The position numbers and the translations under genes are program-made. A stretch of 64,000 nt of DNA, from NCBI RefSeq assembly GCF_009914755.1, contig NC_060947.1. One strand, 5' to 3'. Below are positions 45,801-61,689 of the stretch, piece by piece. This stretch comes from the human T2T-CHM13v2.0 reference genome, Homo sapiens. The notes beneath the pieces are model-generated. The model worked only from the letters and a program-made list of their open reading frames with translations, had not been told where the DNA came from and did not search any database. How positions within the stretch are numbered: position 1 is the first letter of the stretch; the number at the start of each line of letters is the position of its first letter.

Positions 45801-46550
45801 TCCCTTTATGATTCAAACTCTCAGTAAAATTGGCATACAAGGGACATACCTCAATGTAATAAAACCTGTCTATGATAAACCCACAGCCAAAATAATACTG
45901 AATGGGGAAAAGTTGAAAGCATCCTTCTGAGAACCGGAAAAAGACAAGGATGCCTACTCTCATCACTCCTCTTCAACATAGTACTGGAAGTCCCAGCCAG
46001 AGCAATCAGACAAGAGAAAGAAATAAAATGCATCCAAATCAGTGAAGAGGAAGTCAAACTGTCACTCTTTACTGACGATATAACCATTTACCTCAACTCT
46101 AAAACCCTAAAGACTCCTCCAAAAAGCTCCTAGAAATCATAAAATAATTCAACAAAGTTTCCAGATACAAGATTAATGTACACAAATCAGTACCTCTTCT
46201 ATACACTAACAGTGACCAAGCAGAGAATCAAATCAATAACTCAACCCCTTTTACAATAGCTGCAAAAAAAAATTAAACTTAGGAATATACCTAACCAAAA
46301 GACCTCTATGAAGAAAACTACAAAACACTGCTGAAAGAAATCATAGATGACACAAACAAATAAAAACATCCCATGCTCACAGATGGGTAGAATAAATATT
46401 GCAAAAATGACCATACTGCCAAAAGCAATCTACAAATTCAACACAATCCCCATGAAAATACTACCATCATTCTTTACAGAATTAGAGAAAACAATTCGAA
46501 AGTTCATAGGGAACCAAAGAAGAGCCTGCATAGCCAAAGCAAGGCTAAGC

Positions 46551-46606
46551 ATAGATAGATAGACAGATAGATAAATAGATAGGTAGATAGATAGATAGAT
46601 AGATAG
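46551..46606. repeat. (GATA)n tetranucleotide STR inside L1 ORF2
   Basis: atagatagatagacagatagataaatagataggtagatagatagatagatagatag. Confidence 0.92.
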
Positions 46607-48778
46607 AAATAGAAATCTTGTGTCATCACACTACCTGATTTCAAACTATACTATAAGGCCATAGTCACCAAAACAGCATGGTACTGGTATAAAAATAGAC
46701 ACATAGACCAATGGAACAGAAGAGAGAACCCAGAAATAAATCAAAATATTTACAGCCAACTGATCTTCCACAAAGCAAACAAAAACATAAAGTGGGGAAG
46801 GGACACCCTTTTCAACAAATGTTGCTGGGATAATTGGCTAGCCACATGTTGGAGAATGAAACTGAATCCTCATCTCTCATATTCTACAAAAATCAACTCA
46901 AGAGGGATTAAGGACTTAAATCTAAGACTTGAAACTAAAAATTCTAGAAGTTAACATAGGAAGAACTCTTCTAGACATTGGCTTAGGCATGGATTTCATG
47001 ATCAAGAACTCAAAAGCAAATGCAATAAAAACAAATAGCTTGGGACTTATTTAATCTAAAGAGCTTTTGCATGGCAAAAAAACAGTCACCTGAGTAAACA
47101 GACAATCCACAGAGTTGGAGAAAATCTTCACAATCTGTACATCTGGCAAAGGACTAATATCCAGAATCTACAACAAGCTCAAACAAATCAGTAAGAAAAA
47201 AACAATCCCATCAAAAAGTGGGCTAAGGACATGAATAGAGAATTCTCAAAAGAAGATACACAAATGGCCAACAAACATATAAAAAATGATCAACACCACT
47301 AATGATCAGGGAAATGCAAATCAAAACCACAATGCAATACCCCCTTACTCCTGCAAGAAAGGCCATAATCAAAAAATAAAAATAAAAATAAAAACAGCAG
47401 ATGTTGGCATTGATGTGGTGATCAGGGGACATTTCTACACTGCTGGTGGGAATGTAAACTAGTACAGCCACTGTGGAAAACAGTGTGGAGATTCCTTAAA
47501 GAACTAAAAGAAGAACTACAATTTGATCTAGCAATCCCACTACTTGGTATCTACCCAGAGGAAAAGACGTTGTTATTCAAAAAAGATACTTGCACATGCA
47601 TGTTTATAGCAGCACTGTTTGCAATTGCAAAATTATGGAATGAACCCAAATGCCCATCAATCAACGAGTGGATAAAGAAACTGTTAAATTATATATATAT
47701 ATATATATAACATGGCATTTTCTCACTTATTAGTAGGAGGTAAAAATTAAATCAATGGAACTCATGGACATAGAGAGTAGAAGGATGTTACCAGAGGCTG
47801 GGAAGGATAGTGAGGGATCCAGGGGAGGTACAGATGGTTAGTGGGTACAAAAAAATGGAAAGAATAAATAAGAATTACTATCTGATAGCATAATAGGGTG
47901 ACTATAGCTAATAATAACTTAATTGTATATTTTAAAATAACTTTAAGAATGTATTTGGAATATTTGCAACTCAAAGGATAAATGCTTGAGGGGATGGACA
48001 CCCCATTCTCTGTGATGTGCTTATTTCACATTGCATGCCTGTAACAAAACTTCTCATGTACACACTAAATATGTGCACCTACTGTGTATCCACAATAATT
48101 AAAAATAAATAAAGTAATATTAAAAAATGATAATATTCAGTTTGGGCTTTGATAATGTGGTTAGCTCTGGCGGTTTGTAGTATATTTGACAGTGTTTGTG
48201 GAGGACAGACTTGAAACAAAAAGTAGAAATCAATACATTTACATTCTTAAGTTTTACCAAGTGCAAATAAAGAAATAAGAATACAATTATCATACTTTGA
48301 CTCAATGTAATTCAAATGTTATCAATCAATAATTAGTTAATGAAACATTTACTAAAAGTTTTATATTAAATATTTCATTTTATTTAAAAATATATTAATT
48401 TATATTTATACCATTGCCTGATCAAAGTAGTTGTGAACTTTGCAATTTGAACACAATATGATTATTCCCAAATACAAACATCAGACAAATACCAATTTTT
48501 GCATTCTAGGTACTGGATGTCTTCATGTACAGGTAAACCTCAATATGAGAATATCTTAATTCTAATATCACTTTCTCATTAACAGTGGTCTCTACAGCGG
48601 TTAAAAAGTTCTTAAATGGATACACAGACACATACACACACACATGTCACATTTGTGGCTAATTTTCCTGAAGATATAATGTTTTATATAGCTTTTATAT
48701 TGGACTCATTTAAAAATAATTGTAACTTCATTGAAATAATACAAAGTTGTCAAATGACAACTTTTGTTTTTAAAACCT

Positions 48779-51724
<2,946 letters not shown>

Positions 51725-52700
51725 TGGACCTCTTTGAGAACCATTCTGAGATTCTGAGAAAGTGCTACCATGTGCCATATCACATGGCAGAGTAAGTTTT
51801 CTCTTTTCCTAGTCAGTCTTCTTTATATATGCAACTGTATTTGATCATGCAGGATTTTTTTGATAATGGAGGGGCACTAATAGAAGCCAGGTATTCAAAA
51901 AGGAAGGGGAAAGCCTGATGCGCTTTATTGTGACTGACAGTTAGTTTCACTGAATATCTTCCAGGCAATCCAGCAAATATAACACTTTGAACAGATGAGC
52001 AGAGAATCCATAAGGACAGCCTAGATACTGACAAAGTAGAAATAACCGTGAGAAAATAAACTTGGTCTACAAAACATGTAAAATTATATGCCATCATAAA
52101 AATATACTTGGTTGATTTTTAGAATAAACTGTGACTGAAAAGCAGCAATTCAAATTTGTTAATATTAGTTTTTTCAATCAAGATCTATGATTGATTTAGA
52201 TATCACTGAAAAGTCAGGCCTGAGCTTATTATTCTTTTATAACTGAGATTGTGTACCCAGTGAATAGAAATTGTTTTGCTGCTATGGTAAATACAAGACA
52301 GTTTTCTTCTTGTCTTTTGATTTTCCTTATTCTGCTGGCTCCAGATGTAGAGAACAATTGGCAACTTTTATGGATAGCAGCAATGTGTGACTTTGTAGTT
52401 TATGGTTAGTTCTCTTTAGAAGAATCATTATTTTCTATGTCAGTTTGTAATCAATCTGCTCAAAATACCAGACATCATTTCTTTTATGAAATGAATGGGA
52501 ATGAAACAGTACTCTGATGCGATGTCTTATATGCTAAAAGAACAAATCAATTACTTGACATTAACAATGTAATTAATCTTTAAGTCATGCTTACCAACCT
52601 AAAATGTTTATTATTTTTTTTGCTTCAATCTTCTGTTTTATTTATATTCACATTTCCAAAAGCACCAGTTTTAAAAATAAATTAATGGGAATATTCAGTC

Positions 52701-52772
52701 TTTTAAAATGTGATAGATACGGTTTTAAAAGTTATTTTAAAATGTGATAGATACGGTTTTAAAAGTTATTTT
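52701..52772. repeat. Perfect 34-bp tandem duplication
   Basis: ttttaaaatgtgatagatacggttttaaaagtta twice. Confidence 0.95.
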
Positions 52773-53184
52773 GAAAATATTTGTTGGGTACATGGATATA
52801 AATTTGAATTAGGAAGGGATCACAGTCCTCTTTCTTTATCCCAATAGACACTTTGTGCCGTAAGGGATCATGCCCTTCCATTCTCCTGGCTCTGGGCATG
52901 TGGAGCCATCCCTTCTATTGGTCATTAAGAATTGTCTCAAGGACTCAAATTGCAACTTGAAACTACAGGGCCTCTAAAAGCCTAGGAAATCCACAGATGC
53001 CTTGGAAATTCCCCATCTTGTCTAAGAAATTGCTTAAAGATCATGGGCCACTTTGGGCCTTACTGTTTCTCAGTTTTCTACATAAAAGCTATTTATGGCC
53101 CCATGTCTACCCCAAGTAAAATGTGTTTTTGTTCTAGGGCATTTTGCGATCACACCCTATCTAAAAAGGCACAATAAGTTGCAT

Positions 53185-53412
53185 TCTAGAATCAGAATAT
53201 ATGAGTTCAAATGCCAGTTCTGCCATTTATTTGCTGTTGTGACTGGAGTGATCTGTTTAACCTCTTTAAGCCTCAGTTTCTCTCATTTGTAAAATGAGGA
53301 CGGTACATGTACCTATGTTATATGACTGTGTGGAAGAATAACTGAGGGAATAAATGCAAAGTTTTTGGAAAAGTGGCTCACATATATGTGTTCAATAAAT
53401 ATTAACATTATT
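53185..53412 (+). mobile_element. MIR (MIRb-like), near full length
   Basis: gagttcaaatgccagttctgcca...taacctctttaagcctcagtttctctcatttgtaaaatgagg...ttcaataaatatta. Confidence 0.85.
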
Positions 53413-53520
53413 TCATATTTTTGAATAATTTTTATCACACCTCAATCATCTTATATGGTAATGTATTATTACGTGTATATTTAAGCATAGTTGCTTAGAG
53501 GTGATTAAAACTACCTCTTA

Positions 53521-53610
53521 AGTTGCAGTGAGCCGAGTTCGGCCACTGTACTCCAGTCTGGGCAACAGAGCGAGACTCCATCTCAAAAAACAAACAAAAC
53601 AAACAAACAA
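53521..53610 (+). mobile_element. 5'-truncated Alu (last ~65 nt plus tail)
   Basis: agttgcagtgagccgag...gagactccatctcaaaaaac; degenerate TSD aaactacctctta/aaactgccttcta. Confidence 0.85.
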
Positions 53611-53995
53611 ACTGCCTTCTAATTACTTAGTCATTGTTTATTGACTCAGTTAGCTATTTCATAAGAGCTATAAATTGTTTTTTCTATCCTTTCATTTAAT
53701 TTCTCATTTGCAGAGATTTCCACATATCTCCATAATCCAGTCAATTAGAAACATCCTTCCTTCATTTCCTAAAGTGGATTTCTGGAATAGTAATGTTTAG
53801 AAACTAACATTTTCTAGTAATCCAAGGAGTGGATAGAGAAATTTGAGAATCCATTTGATACATCATTGTCTTATTTGGATTGTGGTAAAAACAAACTAAG
53901 AAAATATTTTAAAATAGGGTAATAAAAACTTTAAAGTCTTTGTTGGATATTATAGAAGCACACTGTGAAGCATGATTGCAATGCATGTTGTGGGA

Positions 53996-54308
53996 CAGTA
54001 GTAGGTAAACATCTCTAAAGGGACAAAGAGTATATATTTCAGGATTTACAAGCGATAAGGTCTCTGTTACAAGCACTCAACTTTGATTTTTGCTTGAAAG
54101 CAGCCATAGATAACACATACATGAATAAGTGTGACAGGGTCGCAATAAAACCACATTTATGGACATTGAATTTTGAGTTGTATAATTGTTTATTTACCTC
54201 TTTTTATTTTAACCATATAAAAATGTGAAGTCCATTATTAGCTCACAAACCCTACACAATGGATGAGTGACTGGATTTGGCCCACTAGCCATAGTTTGTC
54301 AATGCCTG
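53996..54308. mobile_element. MER58B-like hAT-Charlie MITE
   Basis: aaagcagccatagataacac...caataaaac...ctggatttggcccactagccatagtttgtcaatgcctg. Confidence 0.8.
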
Positions 54309-54659
54309 TTCTGGAAGCATTTTGTGAGACTTGAAGGCAATGTTTTCTACAACAGAAAACCATGAAAATCCTGTTACGTTGACAGCCTTAGTTGTGATTC
54401 TTTGAGCTTTGTATCTTCCCATCGGCTCAATCTTGCTCACTTTACAGCAGTGTTTTGATTTGACACTCTGGATTCAATTTTATATATCAAGATGCTTCCA
54501 CTATTGTTAAAGAAGGTAAAATAATTCTGACTGCAAGATTTTTGCACTTATACAACACAGTAAATAAAAACCAAGAAAGTGTATTGCTGCAAATTCTTCT
54601 CATATTTAGAGAACCAAACACACTTAAAAGTAAAAATTCCCCGAAACAACTACTCTATT

Positions 54660-54850
54660 GATGAATTCAATAAACATTTAGAATGCATAATACATGCAAG
54701 ACACCTTGACACAGAAAAAGGTGTATAAAACAACTGCTTTTAAGTTGCTTACACTCTAGTATATAACATAAAATTTGTATACTAATAACTATAATCTAAG
54801 ATGGAACATAATAAGTGCTACAGCGGTAATATATCCAATAAGCCATAGAT
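54660..54850 (-). mobile_element. L2 fragment
   Basis: gaattcaataaacatttagaatgc...gcttacactctagt...ataagtgcta. Confidence 0.45.
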
Positions 54851-55439
54851 GATGGTAGATTTTGTATACAGTAGTATAATAATACTATATCCAATAAGCC
54901 ATAATGTATTCTGTAAATTATAAAAAACAATTTCTTACAAAAACTGTACCCTTAATCTCAATATGTAGACTACTGATGAATATTGTGTTTATATGTGTGA
55001 GACATATTTTCCTTTGGGCAATAATTAAGTAACTAGTAATTTCGTACGTAGCTAGTTGTTCCTCTGTATATATAGGAGAAGTATTTATGTTAAGATCAGG
55101 TCCAAATATCTAAAGGGAGTTTTGCCAACCAGCATTTGGTTTTAAACCCTGTGACAATAATGCTTCTATCTTTCCTTAAGACTTCTTGTTGTATCTTTTA
55201 AGTAGGCGGAGTGTAATTAAAGGAGTACTAGAAAAATACCTCATGCTTCAAATATTCTACCCTTATCCGTGTAGCTATTTTCCACATTTATTTTTGGAGA
55301 TTACTTCCTCTTTTGCAAGGCAATAATTGTTCTTTGTTAAGACACAAATAGCTGTAGCCTCTCTGCTACTGCTTTCAATAAGAATGTTTTCATTTGCAGG
55401 CTGCTGATATAATTTTTCATATGTTGTCAGTTGATTGTT

Positions 55440-56094
55440 TTGTATAATGGCAAGAACACTTAATATGAGATCTACCCTTTTAAGAAATTTTTAAGTGCAC
55501 AGTATAGCCTTTTGTCAACTTTAGGCACGATGTTGTATAGCAGATCTCCGTAACTTATTATTCATATATAACTGAGATTTTATACCCAATTAATAGCAAT
55601 TCTCCATTGTCCCCACTCCCACTTCCTGGCAACCAGCAATCTACTCCCCGTTTCTATGAGTTTATTTTAGACACCTTATATAAGTGGAATCATGTAGCAT
55701 ATCTTGCTGTGACTGGCTAATTTCACTTAACATAATGCACTCTAGGTTTATTCATGCTTTTGTCACATACAACAGGATATATTTCATTTTTAATTCTTAA
55801 CAATATTTTTATATGTGTAAACTACAGTTTCTTTATTCAATTGTAGGTGATTATTTAGATTGTTTCCATATTTGTAAATAGTGCTACAATAAACATGTAA
55901 GTGCTGATATTCCTTTAAAAGCCTGATTTCACTAGATATCCACATGCAGAAGAATGAAACTAGCCCACTGTCTATCACCATATATAAAAATAAAATCAAA
56001 ATGGATTAAAGACCAAAACATAAAACCTGAAATTATGAAACTGCTAGAAAAAAACATAGGGAAACTGATTCAGGACATTGGTGTTGGCAAAAAT
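55440..56094 (-). mobile_element. L1MA8/9-like 3' fragment (minus, to ~55930) abutting a plus-strand ORF2 fragment (55931-56094)
   Basis: aagaacacttaatatgagatctaccctt...agcagatctc; then ctagatatccacatgcagaagaatgaaactag on plus. Confidence 0.7.
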
Positions 56095-56099
56095 GAATA

Positions 56100-59000
56100 A
56101 GACCTTGGAGCTAGATGGCCGAAGAGAACCTCCAATGATGGTCTCGCCTCCCCTGCAGGAACACCAAGTTAAACAACTCTTCACACAAGAAAGCACCCTA
56201 ATATGAACCAAAACCAGGTGAGTTACGACAGCACCTGGTTTGAACTTCATATCAAGAAAGGAGCCACTGAAGAGGGTAGGAGAGACAGTCTTAAATTGCC
56301 TACACTACCCGCCCCCATTGCCCACGGTGCCACATTGGGGCAGGGATAATCTATGTGCTTGAGGGAGGGGAAAGCAAAGTGATTGTAGGACTTCACATTG
56401 GAACGCAGTGCCGACCTGTCACAGCAAAAATCAACACAAGGCAGAATTTATACTGGGTCCATAGAGGGAGCACTTAAACAAGTGATTAGACTGGAACTTG
56501 AGTTATGGCTAGCCCCAGCATTGCAGGCTAAAGTGTTATGGGATCCTAAAATTTGAAAAGCAGTCTAGGTCACAAAGACTGTAGTTCCTGGGTAAGTCCT
56601 GGTGCTGTTCTGGGCTCAAAGTCAGTGGACTTGGGGTGGATGCAACCCAGTGAGATCTGGAGCAGCCTAAGGAGTGCTTGTGTCACTGTCACCCCTCCTG
56701 CAACTTCAGGCCGTGCTGCTTGCAGCTGTGGGAGAGACTCCTTATGCTTGAGGTAGGGAAAGAGAAAAGTAGAGAACTTTATCTTGCAATCTGGAGACCA
56801 GTTGAGCTACAGTAAAATAAATCACCAAGCAGAGCCCTAAAGACCCCATCCAGGCCCCACCTCCCAGACAGCATTTCTAGATCCACTCTGGGCATCACGG
56901 AAACCTGCTACTCCAAGGGGAAGGACCCAGTCCTGGCAGGATTTATCACTTGCTGACTAAAGAACCCTTCAGCCATGAATAAACATCAATGATAGCTAGG
57001 TAGTAATCACCATAGGACTTGGATGAGACCTAATGCCATATTGGCTTCATTTGTGACCCAGCACATTCTCAGCTGTGGTGGTCCTTGGAAGAGACTTCTG
57101 CTTGAGGAAAGGAGAGGGAAGAAAAAAGGGACTTTTGCTTTCACCTTGAGTACCAGCTCAGTCACAGTGTGACCCAGCACATTCCCAGCTGTAGTAGCCA
57201 TTGGGAGAGATTTCTTCTTGAGAAAAAGAGAGGGAAGAGTAAAAAGGACTTTGGCTTTTCACTTGGGTACCAGCTCAGTACAGTAAAATCAACAAGCAAA
57301 CTCTTAAGATCCCCAATTCCAGGCCTTAGCTCCTTGATGGCATTTATAGACCAAATGTGGGCCAGAAGGGAACTTGCTGCCCTCAAAGGAGAGATCTAGG
57401 CCTGGCAGGAGTCACTACCTGCTGACTAAAAAGCCCTTGGGCCTTGAATAAACACCAGTGGCTGCCAGGTAGTAGTATCCATGGCACTGGGACAGTAGCG
57501 ATCATGGGGTGAGACTCCTACTTGAGGAAAGGATAGGGAAGAGTAAAAAAAAAAAATTGTCTTTCAAATTGGGTACCAGTTAAGCCACAGTAAAACAAAG
57601 TACACAGTATATTCCTAAAGTTCCTGATTCCATGCCCCAGCTCCCACGTGCCATCTCTAGACACACCCTGGGATAGAAGGGACTCTACTGCCTTGAAGGG
57701 AAAGACATATGCCTGGCAATAGTCACCACCTGCTGGCTAGAGAGCCCTTGGGCCTTGAATAAACATTAGCAGTAGACAGGCACTAGTTATCACCATCCTT
57801 GGGTGAAAACAAATAGTGTGCTGGCTTTAGTTGTGAACCAACATAGTCCCAGTGGTGAATGCCATGGGAGTGCCTGTATCACACCCTCCTCAATTCCAGG
57901 CAGCTCAACACAGAGAAAGAGGCTTAATTTGCTTGGGAAAAAGTAAGGAAAGAGAACAAGTGACTTTGCCTAGTAATCCAGGCAATCTCCCTGATTTTAA
58001 CCAAGACCACCAAGTTGGTACCTCTGTGAGTCTGCGAGTCACAGTTACTGAGCATGGGATATTCCTAATACAGATATGGCTGCAGTGATCAAAGTCTTAG
58101 ATTACAATGCTCAATTCCCTTTGAATAACTGAAAAAATTCTTCTCAAGAAGGACAAGAGCACATAAGCCCAAACTGTGAAGATCAGAATAAATACTTAAC
58201 TTTTCAATGCCCAGACATTGAAAAACATTTAAAAGAAGGATCAAGACCATCCAGGAACACAGGACCTCATCAAAAATAAAAACAAAATCTAAATAAGACA
58301 ACAATGATCAATCCAGGGGTGAAAGAGATGTGTGACCTTTCGGAGAGATAGTTCAAAATAACTGTTTGAAATGGTCAATGAAATTCAAGATAACACAGAG
58401 AAGAAATACAGAATGCTACCAGATAAATTTAACAAAGAAAGTGAAATAATTAAAAAATCAAGCAGAAATTCCAGAGCTGAAAAATTCAATTGATAAACTG
58501 AAGAATGCATCAGAGTCTCTCAACAGTAGAATTGATCAAGCAGAAGAAAGAATGAGTGAGCTTGAAAACAGGCTATTTGAAAATACACAGTCCAAAGGAG
58601 ACAAAAAAAAAAAAAAGGAATGAAGCACACCTACAAGGGCAAATGTAAGTTATTGGCCTCAAAAAGGAGGCAAAGAGATAAGGGTAGAAAGTTTATTCAA
58701 AGAGATAATAGTAGATAACTTTCCAAACCAGAGAAAGATACTAGTATTCAAGTACAAGGAGGTTATAGAACACCAAGCAGATCTAACTGAAGACATTTAA
58801 GAATCAAACTCCCAAAGGTCATGGATAATGAAAGGATGCTCAAAGCAACAAGGAAAAAGATACAAATAACACATGAAGGATTCTTAATATGTCTGGCAGC
58901 TGACTTTCCTAGACAAACAAAAGCTTAGACAGACTTTCTTAGACAAACAAAAGCTGAAGGAGTTCATCAACATCAGACCTGCCCTGAAAGATCTGATGTT

Positions 59001-59420
59001 GATGAACTCCTCCTGCTAAAAGGACAGAACTCCTCCTGCTAAAAGTTCTGCAGTACAAAAGAAAAAGACATTCATGAGCAACACATATTCATCCTGGGGT
59101 ACAAAAGTCACTGGTAATAGTAAGTACACCGACAAATACAGAATAGTATAACACTGTAATTGTGGTGTGTAAACTACTCATCTTGAGTATGAAGATGAAA
59201 AGGCAAACCTATCAATAATAACTGCAACAACATTTTAAGATATATGTATTATGATAATATGTAAATAGAAATGAAACAAGTTAAAAAGTGTGGAGCTTTT
59301 ATTAGTTTTTTGCTTGCTTATTTTTTAGTTTCTTTACTTTTCAATTAGAGTTAAATTACCATCAGTTTAAAATAATAGGATATAAGATGTTATTTGCACC
59401 TAATGGTAACTTCAGGAAAA
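56100..59420 (+). mobile_element. Old L1 (L1M1/L1MA-type) 5' UTR with internal repeats, ORF1 and inter-ORF region
   Basis: Homologous to 38280-43750 (gaacaccaagttaaacaact; cttgaaaacaggctatttgaaaatacacagtc). Confidence 0.8.
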
Positions 59421-60389
59421 AAAAAATAAACCTAAAGATTCACTTTTAGATCAAGACACAAACAGGTTGAAAGTGAAATAATGTAAAAATATATTTAATG
59501 AAAATAGTAGCAGAAAGAGAGCTGGTGTAGTTATATTAATATCAGACAAAATAGACCTTAAAAGTAAAAATGGATTTAAGAGGCAAAGAAAGATAGTAAA
59601 TATTGATAAAGGACTAAACCATCAAAAAGCATACATAGCTAACAACACAGCAACAAATCATATGAAGAAAAAACCGATAAAATTGCAGGGAGGGATAGAC
59701 AGTTCAAGAATAATAGTTGGAGACTTCAATATCAGCTTTCAATAATAGAACAATTATACAGAAGAAATGTAAAGAAATAAAGAACTTGAACAGCACTATA
59801 ATCTGACAAGACCAAATGGACATACATAGAAGTCTCCATCCAACAACAGGAGATTACACATTCTTCTGAAGTGCACATGGAATATTCTCCAGGGAAAACG
59901 ATGTATTAGGCCAATAAAGAAGGTCTAAATAAATTTTAAAAGTATGTAAATACAAAAAATTTCTTCTCTGACCACATCAGAATGAAAGTAGACATCAAGA
60001 AAAGAAAGAAAAGTGAAAAATTCACAAATATTTAGAAATTAAAGAATACACGTTTGAACAAGGAATGGGTGAACAAAGAAACCACAAGGAAAATTAGAAA
60101 ATATTTCCAGCTGAATGTAAAAACCACACATAATAAACTTATGGGGTGCAGTGAAAGCAGTGATTAGATACGATTTTATATCCATAAACACCTACGTGAA
60201 AAAGAATAAAATTTTACATTATAACCTATTTTTATAGCTTAAGGTAATGGAAAAATAAGAGCAAAAAGAGCACAAATTGTGCAGAAAAAGACAGTGGAGA
60301 TTAAAATAGAGAATAGAAAAATAATAGACTCAATTGAACTAAAATTTACTTCTTTAAAAGACCTAGTAAAATTGACAAACCTTTAGCTA

Positions 60390-60718
<329 letters not shown>

Positions 60719-61333
60719 TTAGGGGACACTACTGCTGATCTTACAGATACAAAAATAATTATAAGAGTTGATTATAAACAATTGTTTCCCAACATTTTAG
60801 GTATCCTAGATGAGATGGACAAATTTGTAAATGCACACAAAATAACACACTGCCTCTAGAAAAAATAGAAAATCTGAAAAGGCATATGACAATTAAAGAT
60901 GAGTTATTAATCAAAAAACTCCCAACTGAGGGGAACAACACACACCAGGGCCTGTTGAGGGGTGGGGGGCGAGAGGAGAGAACTTAGAGGACAGGTCAAT
61001 AGGTGTAGCAATCCACCATGGCGCACGTATACCTATGTAACAAACCTGCACGTTCTGCACATGTATCCCAGAACTTAAAGTAAAATAAAATAAACCCCCT
61101 CAACAATAAAAGCCAGGACCATTTTGCTTCACTGGTAAATTCTACCAAACATTTAAAAATAATAAACCTCAATCCTTCTGAAACTCTTCCAAAAAATGGA
61201 AGAGCAGGGAAGACTTCGCAGCTAGTTCCATAAAGCCAGCATTATTATGTTAACAGACAAACAAAGATTTCACAATAAAACATAAAAATCATCCCTCATG
61301 AAAATAGATACAAAAAATCATTGAAAAAAAATA

Positions 61334-61689
61334 CAATTGTTCCTAAAAACAAATGGAGTTATGTCATGAAAAGTCCATCATAAGTTGAAAATACCGTAAG
61401 TTGAAAATGCAAATAATACACCTACTGAAAATCATAGCTTAGCCTAATCCACCTTAAATGTGCTCAGAACATTTACATTAGCCTAAAATTGGGCAAAATC
61501 ATCTAACATTAAGCCTATTTCATAGTAAAGTGAAGAATATCTCATAATTTATTGAATACTCTACTGAAAGTGAAAAATAAAATTGTTTTATGGATACTTG
61601 AAGTACAGTTGCTACTGAATATGTATCACTGTTGTACCATCATAAAGTTGAAAAATCATAAGTCAAACTCTTTTAAGTGAGAACGTCTG
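61334..61689. mobile_element. Tigger4b (Zombi) DNA transposon
   Basis: Flanked by TA; aagttgaaaatgc...catagcttagccta...ccttaaatgtgctcagaacatttacattagcct. Confidence 0.85.

Larger units (their letters stand above)
38280..48115 (+). mobile_element. Near full-length old L1 (L1MA1/2-like 5' UTR, ORF1, ORF2, 3' UTR) with an L1PB-like middle segment
   Basis: 5' gagcaagatggtggaatgg...gacaccaagttaacaac; degenerate ORF1 and ORF2 ([12 protein letters not shown] at 45661); L1MA2-type 3' end 47710-48115. Confidence 0.85.
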
